DNA of 63,894 nucleotides, the filler included, from Squatina squatina (Eukaryota), in NCBI GenBank assembly GCA_031763465.1. It is 4 parts of 4 records of this genome, joined end to end, with 100 filler letters (N's around TTAATTAATTAA, not from the genome) between each part and the next. Parts side by side here need not be neighbours in the genome. Positions count along the whole stretch, not along the records: positions 1 to 19,455 come from JARFOE010000036.1; 3 more parts are not named here. The stretch is one strand, 5' to 3'. Below, one piece after another: positions 1 to 10,100 of the stretch. A model generated the notes under the pieces. The model was not told where the DNA came from, did no database searches, and worked only from the letters and a program-made list of their open reading frames with translations. Every line of letters begins with the position of its first letter. Position 1 is the stretch's first letter. Both the position numbers and the translations under genes were made by a program.

Positions 1-19
1 TTCCGCTCACCTTGGCTTC

Positions 20-110
20 AGGACACACTCCTCTCACCCTGGGGTCGGGAAACACTCCCTTCACCCTGGGGTCGGGACACACTCCTCCCACACTGGGGTC
101 AGGAAACACT
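20..110. repeat. Short tandem repeat, ~27-29 bp unit, 3-4 copies
   Basis: Repeated (GG)ACACACTCC..TCACCCTGGGGTC(G/A)GGA motif. Confidence 0.75.
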
Positions 111-1820
111 TGGTGAGATTGCAGTTCGAGGCACTTGGGCTGCATAAATAAGGGAGCACGCTGGCTGCTAAGTAGTTGGTGTGGGTGAGAATGCAGGCAG
201 GTCAAAAAAAATACACTCAGGCAAGGTGCAAACACAGGGGACAGGTCAGTGAGCAGGCAGTTCAGGAAGTACTTTGAGTGGGCTGACAGGCTTCAAAACA
301 CTTGTGTCGTGTAGGCCAGGAGGCATGTGGGGCAGACAGGCAGGAAGCACTTGGGTTTGATGAGTGAGTGCCCAGACCAACAAGTACTCAGGGCAGATGA
401 GCTGTTCCGTACCGTCCCTACGCTCCCCAACCAGACTGTGCTGTTTCTGCCTGACTTCCCCCTGCTGTGCCAGTATTTTCTTCAAACAGATTAGGACTGT
501 GTAGCTCCATCATTCGTTTGTCCAGTACAGAGGTTCAGGGAATGGGGTAAAGTGGCAATGTGTTTGATTCTTGTTTTAGTAAGAGTACATTGGAGGGGAA
601 ATAAGGGACATCTAAACCCAGGGCTGAGAGAGGCTGAAGAGAGTGACTGAGGGAGTGGAAAGGGTCTGCCTGTGGGACAGTGAATAAACAGATGGCTGTT
701 TTAATAAACCTAAATTGCATAAATAAACAATCATAATGTATGCTTTGTTTTTCCTATCAAAGATTATATCACAAAAAATTGAAAGTAAGCACGGAATTAT
801 TCAGTGTCTGGCTCGTGTGAGTCTCGGAGTCAGCTCCTGTAAACTGGAATAAATGTCAGGAGAGCAGAGTCAGTGCTGAGAGTGGGGAATGGAAGCCAGC
901 TTACAGGGTAGCTGTCATTTCCCAGACTCCACTCACATTCTAGCAACCGGAAAATGAATATTCCCCCGAGGCACTGGTCCAATGATTGATGCGGACTCCG
1001 ATTTCATGCATTCCTGGCTGATATTCCTGAAGTGGCACACTGGGCCTCTACTTCCATACCACAAATCCCTGAGGTCAGGATGGAGGGCTGCTTCACTCAT
1101 TCCTAATAAATGTACAGTTTCCACAAAAGACATTTGCTTGCCTGTGGAGCAGAAAACCAGGTATTAAACTATCCTTTATGAACAGCTGACAGACAGATGG
1201 ACTGTGTGTTGTTTAGCAGTCTCCTCTCTGCAGGCCTCAGGAACGGCCTTGCTTTTCAGTTGCTGTCGTATTGTGGGTGTGGGGCTGTGTTCGTGCAGCT
1301 GGACTCGGGTCAGTACCGTGACCCATACTCTGGGTAAGATGAAAGAAGAGAATGTGGAGAATTCTTTTCCTTCCAACTTAAGTACCTTGTTCTACACCAC
1401 AGAAAGCATTTTGTGCTGAAACATTTCAGTAATGGGCTGAGAGCCACACTGTAGAACAGCCTGGAGCTGAAAAAAGTCTGAGAGATTGAGGTAAATCAGG
1501 AAGTAGTGGTGGGGGCACCTTTTTAAAGGTTGGATTTCAAAAGCCCACAGGTGGTAGGCAGGTGGGAAGGCTCCGGAGGTAAGGACAGTTTGAGGTCCTG
1601 GGAAAGAATGAGGTTGAGGAGCTGGGTGGTGCAGTGAATTTTGGAAGTAAACTCATTGGTCCCAAGCTCCCAGCAGGGAGTGGTGCTCGAAAATAACATG
1701 GCATGGAGATGAGGCTATGGNNNNNNNNNNNNNNNNNNNNNNNNNNNNNNNNNNNNNNNNNNNNNNNNNNNNNNNNNNNNNNNNNNNNNNNNNNNNNNNN
1801 NNNNNNNNNNNNNNNNNNNN

Positions 1821-2088
1821 ATTGTATCAGCAAATAACAAAACCATCTCCGAGTCCCCAGTACATTTCAGTCATGGTGATTGTATCATATTAATCTGTGA
1901 TTCCCAAGGAAACCCGCAGCCTACACTGAAATGGGACTACCCCAAAAAAAGCAATATTGTGATTAAACCTCCTGGAGTCCTCTATATTTCTGATGCCACA
2001 ACAGAAAATAACGGAATATATAAATGTACAGCTACCAATAAACTTGGAGCTGATGAGAAGAACATGCACATCAAAGTCAAAGTCAAAG
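1821..2088 (+). CDS. Membrane-proximal Ig-like domain exon of an ICAM/VCAM-like adhesion molecule (5' end in gap)
   Basis: Manual translation IVSANNKTISESPVHFSHGDCIILICDSQGNPQPTLKWDYPKKSNIVIKPPGVLYISDATTENNGIYKCTATNKLGADEKNMHIKVKVK; Ig motifs CxxxGNPxPxxxW and GxYxCxAxNxLG; phase-1 donor AAAG|GTCAGT. Absent from the ORF track. Confidence 0.85.
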
Positions 2089-3308
2089 GTCAGTTTGAAG
2101 TCTTGATGATATAACATTTACCTTTGCCCTCTGGATCTGAGCTCGATTTAAGCCAGACCTGTGGTGAATAACAAGACCACCCGCTCATATTGTGGGTGTG
2201 CTCGAGTTTGAAGCCTTCAGACTTTCGGTGAAGGTGGGACTGTAACAGAGAACAGCAGGTATCTGAGACAATGAGTAACTTGGTGGGGGCAATGACCTCA
2301 AAGGCAGAGTAAATCAATGATGGCAGTGAAGGGATGCCAGTACAAAGACTGCAATTAATTCCCAATCTAATCTGAACTGAACGGTTGGTGCTCTGTAGAG
2401 GTTGCTGGATCTTCCAATGGAGGAAAGTGGATGTTACTTCACACCTCTCAGCAGCCAGCCAAAGCAGAAGGCTGCACACCTACCGTACTGACTTCAGACC
2501 AGGCAGACATAGCAGGTATAGGAATAAATTATTGAAGAATGGCGGATCCAGAAGGGTTGAAGTTAGTTGCTTGCTTGCATCCCTGCAGTCATGGATTGGT
2601 GCCTGTTGTAGGGAGAACATAGTTGGTGGCATTCAATAATAATTCTTGTGACTGAAAACAGTAGAGCAAGTAAATAAGTGATGCATCCGTAAGATCTAAC
2701 TTTGGAAACTGACTTTTTAAGAGCTTTACAATAAGCGGTCCAGGAAAGTGAATATCCTGTACAGGAATCTGTTAAATATGTTTCTTTCACTCTTGAAGAC
2801 CACATAATTCACAAGCAACAAGTTACAAAGTGATTTCGAGAGTGGAATAAAAGTCTAATTCAACAACCTCCTTTGTACTGTTCCCATTTATACGCATGCT
2901 CGCTCCTGTTGCATGTCATCTTGCTCATTTTAAAATAGGTCACCCATTTAGTCGCAGAATTTTGGTCTGGTGATCTCCATTTTGTGTGATGTGGAGTTCG
3001 GTGAAGCAGCACACAGTTGCCAATGGTAACATTATAAGCATGGACACTCGGGTGAGGGTCCTTGACTGTTCCATTCTGTCGTAGAAGATCCAGCCACAGT
3101 AATATACATTAGTTGCTATGATTATGAAATGCTCTCTGCTCAGTGACTGTACAATTGAGAGTGACTTTCGAAAAATGCAGTTCTGCTTGGACACACGTGG
3201 AACAAAATATGCATGAGACATGTAATGGATTACAACTGCTTATCAAATTGTGTTATTGCTAAAATAGATTATAGAAATAGAGCTTTACTAATCATTTTAT
3301 TCCCACAG

Positions 3309-3484
3309 ATAGAACAGCTATCATAGCTGCAGCAAGTGTGTCAGCGGTGGCCATGCTTGCCCTTGCAACAGGAGCCATTATTTATTACTTGAACCAGAAT
3401 GCCCAGAAAACAGGAGAATATAAAGTACAAAATGCAAAGCCCAACAACAATCCACAAGTCCCGAATGAAAACCAAAATCAGTAA
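3309..3484 (+). CDS. Terminal exon A: transmembrane + cytoplasmic tail of ICAM-like protein
   Basis: Acceptor ttttattcccacag|, phase 1: (D)RTAIIAAASVSAVAMLALATGAIYYYLNQNAQKTGEYKVQNAKPNNNPQVPNENQNQ*; hydrophobic helix followed by a KxGEYxV motif as in ICAM5/VCAM1-type tails. Confidence 0.8.
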
Positions 3485-3592
3485 GCTATCGCTCTAACGG
3501 AATCAAAACCACAACCTACAAGGGACAAGAATACCAAACAGGTTTCATCAATTTAAAAACCATATTTGCCAACACCTCTGGAAGTGATAATT

Positions 3593-3679
3593 GGGGTGAA
3601 TTTGCGCGGTGGGTCTCCTGTCCGTCTGCCGTGGGGTTTTAGCAGAGGAGCAGCATAACCACCGCACAAATTTGCCCCC
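3593..3679. mobile_element. Tiny MITE-like inverted-repeat element
   Basis: Left end GGGGTGAATTTGCGCGGTGG vs reverse complement of right end GGGGCAAATTTGTGCGGTGG (17/20). Confidence 0.6.
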
Positions 3680-3689
3680 AACCATTCTG

Positions 3690-4025
3690 AATGGCCTCCT
3701 GTCTTTATAACCTTCTCCATCCCTACAACTCTCCAAGATCTCTACAATTCTGGCCTCTTACGCATCCCCAATTTTAATTGCTCCACCACTGGCGGCTGTG
3801 CCTTGAGCTGCTGGGCCCCTAAGCTCTAGAATTCCCTCCCTAAACCTCTCCACCTCTCTCTCCTCCTTTAAGACACTCCTTAAAATCTACCTCTTTGACC
3901 AACCTGTCCGAATTTCTCCTTCTGTGGCTCAGTGTCAAGTTTTGTTTGCTAATCGCACATGTGAACCCCCTTGGGACATTTTACTATGTTAAAGGTGCTA
4001 TATAAATACAAGCTGTTGTTGTTGC
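3690..4025 (+). mobile_element. LINE (L2-like) 3' end fragment
   Basis: Pyrimidine-rich 3' body ending GCTATATAAATACAAG(TTG)n; related copies at ~14200-14940 (-) and ~62820-63140. Confidence 0.6.
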
Positions 4026-4649
4026 CTTGGTAAACTTAAAGCTCTAAAGCAAACGTTGGCGGGGGTGTGGGNNNNNNNNNNNNNNNNNNNNNNNNNNNNN
4101 NNNNNNNNNNNNNNNNNNNNNNNNNNNNNNNNNNNNNNNNNNNNNNNNNNNNNNNNNNNNNNNNNNNNNNNAAGCTCAGTTTAGGGTCACATGAGATGCC
4201 AAAGGTTGCAAATCATTAGGTTCAGCCTAATACCATTACCTGGAAGAGGGATGGAGTCGGTGGCTAGGGATCGGAGACAACGGCTTTGGTCTTTCCAATA
4301 TTTAGTCGCAGGAAATTTCTGCTCATCCAAAACTGGATGTCGGACAAGAAAAGTGAGAAACCAGAGGCAGTGGAGGAGAATGGAAATAAGCAATAAATGA
4401 ATTAAAGGTGTTTGAGGGGTAAGGAGCGTATGAGTCTGTAATCAGGAATGGTCATTGATATCGGGCGAATGGAAAGACATAAAGAACACACCTTTAAATA
4501 CAGGGAATGGCTAAATATAGCACACTCCAGACTCTCTGAAAGATTTCCTTGCAAATAGCTATGGATTTTGGAAATTATCAGGATTTTCATAATAAATGTA
4601 TTTCCCTGAAATACATCAATGATTTGTATTTTTATTAATGTTTTCACAG

Positions 4650-4843
4650 TGAGCCCAGGAATCTTATCACTAGTCATCATAGTGGCAGTGACATTGGCAA
4701 TGATATTGGTAATAGCCATTGCCTGCTACAAGATTTACAACGCCCATAAAAGTGGAAGCTATGTCGTACGGAACATTCCACTGATCTCCGATGGAATTGA
4801 ACTTCAGGAAACTGACCCTTTAAATAATATCAGTAACAACTAG
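4650..4843 (+). CDS. Terminal exon B: second transmembrane + cytoplasmic tail of ICAM/VCAM-like protein
   Basis: Acceptor ttttcacag|, phase 1: (V)SPGILSLVIIVAVTLAMILVIAIACYKIYNAHKSGSYVVRNIPLISDGIELQETDPLNNISNN*; TM helix plus KxGSYxV motif. Confidence 0.75.
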
Positions 4844-4987
4844 GAATAACTGGAAAATAATAACCCTGTGGGAGTAAAACAATTACANNNNNNNNNNNNN
4901 NNNNNNNNNNNNNNNNNNNNNNNNNNNNNNNNNNNNNNNNNNNNNNNNNNNNNNNNNNNNNNNNNNNNNNNNNNNNNNNNNNNNNNN

Positions 4988-5190
4988 ACGCCCCCTGGTT
5001 ATTGACCCCTTGGCCAGGGGGCACAGGTCCTTCCTATCCACTCTATCTCGGCCCCTCATAATTTCATACACCTCAATTAAATCTCCCCTCAGCCTCCTCT
5101 GTTCCAAAGAAAACAACCGCAGCCCATCCAATCTTTCCTCATAACTAAAATTCTCCAGTCCAGACAACATCCTGGTAAATCTCTCGTGCT
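4988..5190 (-). mobile_element. CR1-type LINE ORF2 C-terminal fragment
   Basis: RMLSGLENFSYEERLDGLRLFSLEQRRLRGDLIEVYEIMRG is the characteristic CR1 ORF2 tail. Confidence 0.85.
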
Positions 5191-6036
5191 CTTTCCTATA
5201 GTTTTTCACCTCTGTTCCCTTTTCACTCTGCTGCCCACCATTCTTAAATAATTCAGCAATAATTACCCATATTTGAATGGAAAGTTTTGGGGGAGTTGGT
5301 GTGGCTGCAGAAAATTTGAATGTTCTGAACAAATTCTTTAGTACCGGGCGCATGAAAAGATTTGTGGGTGTTCATTGACTTTAAGAAGGGACATGTCTCC
5401 ATGTTGAAGTTTTTTGATTTATGTACTGAAGTCCCTGGAGTGGATATAGTAGTATAGATGCACTTAAAGGGAGGCTAGATAAGCATATGAGGGAGAAAGG
5501 AATAGCGGGTTATGCTGGTAGTTAGATGAGGAAAGAAGGGAGGAGGCTCGAGTGAAGCAGAAATGCTGGCCTGTTTCGGTGCTGTATATCCGATGTAAAA
5601 TGAACAGCATGGGTTATTCACCAGGTCACTTGAGTTCAATCCCCAGAGGTTATGCTAAAGCTGTGGAGATGCCAGACTTGACGTATTCACTATTGTGTTG
5701 GTCATCAGATAAAAGTCCATCCACATCCTGAAGATGGTCCAGAAGAGACCCATGAAATTGATCCCAGATGAAAGAACTTTGAAGGACAACTAAATTATCT
5801 GGGGTCTTCAGTCTCAAAAAAAGAGATGTTTCTGTAGTGGCTTTATAGAAGTACAGAAGGTATTTACCAGGATAGAAAAAATTAACTGAGTTTCCAATAA
5901 TCACAGCTTTTTTTCCACTGAAAAAGTGCTCAGATTCAAAATGAAATGTGCAGTTACCTTGAGCAGTTAATTCATTAGTTCTGTAATTAAAAGCATTTCC
6001 TTTTACTATATTTACTGTGATTTCTTTCCCTGGCAG

Positions 6037-6312
6037 CAAACGTGGCTGGATTTGAGGTTTGGATCGACACAAACCCCTCAGCTGTGGAATTTGGAGACTC
6101 TCTGGAGGTGATCTGCCGCACAACATGTGCAGATTCAGTAATAACTGTGGAATATAAACCAGGGATACGTCCGAACACAACACAAGGTACTGACTGGTCC
6201 ACAGACTATTTCCCGAGTGTCCAGGAATGGGATCTTACAGTACCTTGCAGTGTAATCTGTATCTCAAACAATAACATTCTGAAGGAGGAGAAAAAGGTGG
6301 TCACAGTATACA
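6037..6312 (+). CDS. ICAM N-terminal (D1) Ig domain exon
   Basis: Acceptor ttctttccctggcag|, donor TACA|GTAAGT, phase 1-1; FEVWIDTNPSAVEFGDSLEVICRTTC...GTDW...VQEWDLTVPCSVIC...VTVY has the CxTTC / CxxxC four-Cys pattern of ICAM D1. Confidence 0.85.
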
Positions 6313-6589
6313 GTAAGTGAAAACTCTTGTTCGACCATTGGATCGCAGAATATAAAGTGGGGTGAAAGGCAGTAAGTGAAAACATTTCAGGCTGTGAAAA
6401 CTCTTCCTGCTTTACAAAAACAGATGCTGCAGCGCATGAGGCGAAGGAAGGAACTGCACCGCTGGAAAAGGGTTTACACCCAGTGCCAGCACAGTGAGCT
6501 CACAATCTGAGCCAGGTTAAGAGAGTGGCATTGAGTGGAGGCAATTAGGGAAAGGAAGAACGGAGTGTCGGTAAACTCAGTCTCAGGTG

Positions 6590-6930
6590 AAGATCCAGGG
6601 ACACACCCTAACAGAACATACGGCACTGACTGGTCCAGAGACTATTTGCCAAGTGTCCAGGAGTGGAATCTTGCAGTACCTTGCAGTGTAATGTGTTTAT
6701 CAGACAGTTATCAGCTTAAGGAGGAGAAAAAGGTGGTCACAGTATACAGGAAGTGAAAACTCTGTTCTAACATATTTGATTACCCGGCATAAAAGGAAGG
6801 TGGAGACAGGGTAAACTCTTTAAGGATGTGCAGAGTGTTTCTGATTTACGGTAGCCTGGTGCTGGTGAGATACTGAGCTGTGAGGCAGAGTGGTATGAAG
6901 TGGGTTTACACTGAAGTCACAGTTTGATCC
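6590..6930 (+). pseudogene. Decayed partial tandem duplicate of the D1 exon 3' half plus downstream intron
   Basis: GTDWSRDYLPSVQEWNLAVPCSVMC...KEEKKVVTVY parallels the 3' half of 6037-6312; donor changed to TACA-GGAAGT; 5' half of the domain absent. Confidence 0.7.
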
Positions 6931-7107
6931 TGATTTTAATGGATAGTCATCGAATGAAGGGGAGGCAAGTGAACCAGGTCTAAGGCTTTACAGGAGGAGG
7001 TTGATATCCGACCACTCAATGATGTATCATTAGAATCTTTAAGTACAAGCAGCGAAACCCTTTGGAAAGCCAAGTGTGTGAACAGTGTTTGAAGAACTTT
7101 ACTTAGT

Positions 7108-7432
7108 CCATCGTTTGGATGAGATGTTAAACCGAGGTCCTGTCTGCTTTCACAGGGGGACGTAAAAGATCCCATGGCACTAGTTCGAAGAAGAGCAGGG
7201 GAGTTCTCCCCGGTGTCCTGGCCAATATTTATCCTTCAATCAACATCATTAAAACTGATTATCTGGTCATTATCACATTGCTGTTTATGGGAGCTTGCTG
7301 TGCGTAAATTGGCTGCCACGTTTCCTGCATTACAACAGTGTCTACACTTCAATAAGTGCTTTGTTGGCTGTAAAGCATGTTGGGATGTCCGGAGCTTGTG
7401 AAAGACGCTACATAAATGCAAGTCTTTCTTTC
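7108..7432 (+). mobile_element. DeuSINE (SacSINE1-like), 5'-truncated
   Basis: Deu-domain-like GGATGAGATGTTAAACCGAGG...AAAAGATCCCATGGCAC...GAAGAAGAGCAGGGGAGTTCTCCCCGGTGTCCTGGCCAATATTTATCC and tail ATAAATGCAAGTCTTTC. Confidence 0.75.
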
Positions 7433-7977
7433 TTTGTTTCTCTCTCACTCAACGATGCCGTCCTAGGAAAAATTAGTAATTCAACAGAGGTTGGGAAACA
7501 TTATTTATTTTTTTTCTAATGGGATCTTGGCTGGGGCAAAGATTGCATCATACAGAAGCTAAATAGATTAACAGTTACTGTACACTTGTGCCATGTCATT
7601 TCCAAAACTGGTTTTGCTCACCTGAGGGTGACAGAGAGGGATTTTCCAGATTTATTTTCCTCATATTGGCCCTTTAATTTTTACTTTGCCTCTCCCAGGA
7701 GATTACATGACTAGGATGGGTAGAAGGCAGAGGTGGGCGGAGTAGGTAGGAACATAGGAACTGGAGGAGGCCATTCCGCCCCTCGAGCCTGTTCCACCAG
7801 TAAAAGAGACTGTAGGAAAGAGTATAAATCAAGAAATAATGGGGGCATGTAAAAAGAGCACTGCATTAATCATGGGTNNNNNNNNNNNNNNNNNNNNNNN
7901 NNNNNNNNNNNNNNNNNNNNNNNNNNNNNNNNNNNNNNNNNNNNNNNNNNNNNNNNNNNNNNNNNNNNNNNNNNNNN

Positions 7978-8270
7978 ACGGCGGTGAACGCAAGACTGAG
8001 CCCAAGCTTCAGGGAATACTACAACAATGAGACGGTGGCCTTGCACTATAATTACACTTGGAAGCTGACTCCCGGCCGATACAAGGCAGGCCTGAAGGTT
8101 CACGCTATCGTGTCTCTAATAGTTTGTGTTTTTATAATACTGGAGAACTTGCTGGTCCTCGTAGCCATCTGGAAGAATAGGAAGTTCCACAAGCCCATGT
8201 ATTACTTGCTGGCCAACCTGACTCTATCTGACCTGCTGGCAGGAGTCGCTTACATGGTCAACATCTTGCT
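7978..8270 (+). CDS. S1PR5: Sphingosine-1-phosphate receptor 5-like, N-terminus to TM2 (start in gap; homology breaks at ~8270)
   Basis: FREYYNNETVALHYNYTWKL..RYKAGLK..IILENLLVLVAIWKNRKFHKPMYYLLANLTLSDLLAGVAYMVNILL, the S1P receptor signature, closest to S1PR5 as recalled. Confidence 0.75.
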
Positions 8271-8739
8271 AAACAACATGGTGTAATAAACAATAGTAAA
8301 TTGTATATTAAACCCACAAAGAGTCACTGTTGCTTCTATTTAAATATATCATAGTTTCAATGCCGTATGGGGTGCATATACTACAAGTAAGTTTCAAATC
8401 TGAATTTTCAATCAGCATTGCAAGTGATGCAGAAGAAACAGGTCAGAGGTCGATGGGATGAAAGAATGTGACAGACAATAGTCTTCTAACTATTCAAACT
8501 GGAAGTCTTGTTTTATACTAAACTCCGTCAAATACAACTGAACTGCCTTTGCAATCTGTCTCACTTAATGGGCGATCAACTTCTCTCATTCAAAAGGTAT
8601 TCTGTTACTGTTGAACTCAAAAAAAGTGAAACATTTTCTGTGTCCACTCATCAAGGAAATGCAACAGAACTCGGAGACATTGAAATGTACTTTATTCCTT
8701 CAACCACCTACTGAACCTATTTGTAAATGTTGACATGTT

Positions 8740-9080
8740 CTCTGCTTTATCACTAACCCCAGTATTTCATTCCACAGTTTCATAACTTTGTGTAAAACAA
8801 ATCCTCTAGTCTGTCCTAAATCTTGTCCATGTCCCCTTATTATAGATCCCTCAATCACTGGACAGTCTGTTCCTATCTACTCGGTCCCATCACTTCACGA
8901 TTTTAAACACTTCTCTCAAATCACCTTTAATCTCCTCTCTCCTAACAAAACAGTGCCAATTTTCCAAGTCGTTCTTCATATTTGTGTTACAGCATCTTAA
9001 GCCAATCTGCAGTGTACCGTCTCTATTGCATCAACATCTTTTCTATAATGTGGATCCCAACACTGCACATAATACTCAAA
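8740..9080 (-). mobile_element. Old degenerate CR1-type LINE fragment inside the S1PR5 interruption
   Basis: TTTTAAACACTTCTCTCAAATCACCTTTAATCTCCTCT is the reverse complement of the CR1 'RRLxGDLxEVFK' region. Confidence 0.55.
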
Positions 9081-9409
9081 GTACTGAGAGTATTTTGTGT
9101 GAGTGTTAGTTTTTTTTTTAAATCAACACAATCTTTAAACTTGGTGTCACTAGAATGGGAACTTCAGAGTCAACTTAAGCTCATAAATGAGCTAGTAATA
9201 ACCTGCACTGCACACTCAGCTGCAAAGTGGCATATTGGTTGTTGAGGTAACTGCATTTCTTGCTGCACAAGATATTATAATTAATTATTTTGGTGGAGTA
9301 GGGATGTTCNNNNNNNNNNNNNNNNNNNNNNNNNNNNNNNNNNNNNNNNNNNNNNNNNNNNNNNNNNNNNNNNNNNNNNNNNNNNNNNNNNNNNNNNNNN
9401 NNNNNNNNN

Positions 9410-10100
9410 GCATGTCACCATGACGAGGATGCAGTTGTATAATGCGGACAAGAAGTGCCGGACGCGTCTCTTTGTGGCTGCAGACTGGTCTTTCTCGGTG
9501 TTCCTCGGAAGCCTCCCGATCTTGGGGTGGAACTGTATTGGGAACCTGTCAGAATGCTCCACCGTGCTGCCACTGTACTCCAAGAACTACATTCTGGTTT
9601 GCATTCTGATTTTTATTTTAATCTTGTTTGCAATCGTGGTGTTGTACATTCGGATTTACCGTGTCGTGAAGTGCAACAGACTCGAGGTGCTGTCCAGGAA
9701 TTGCCAACAAAACCTGGCATTACTGAGAACTGTCACCATCGTGGTGGGCACCTTCATCGCCTGCTGGCTGCCGCTCTTCGTGGTCCTGCTCTTGGACGTT
9801 TCCTGTGCAGTGGGAGCCTGCTGGATAATTTACAAGGCCGATTATTTCCTGGGACTGGCCATGATTAATTCAGCTTTGAACCCCATCATTTACACCCTGA
9901 CCAGCAGGGACATGCGCCGAGCCATCGTGCGCCTGCTGTGTCTGACCAAAGACGGCGAGCAGGCGAAATGCTGCGGGGTCCTGGTCTCCGAGTGCAGCAC
10001 CAGTCAGATGGACAGGTCATCCCACAGGCATGAGCCCCTCAACACCAACCTGTCCTCTGGCAATGGACCCCAATCCCCTACGCGAACCTCACTCGCCTGA
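9410..10100 (+). CDS. S1PR5: S1PR5-like, ICL2 to C-terminus
   Basis: HVTMTRMQLYNADKKCR..LPILGWNCIGNLSECSTVLPLYSKNYI..ALLRTVTIVVGTFIACWLPLF..ADYFLGLAMINSALNPIIYTLTSRDMRRAI; ends at TGA 10098-10100. Confidence 0.85.
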
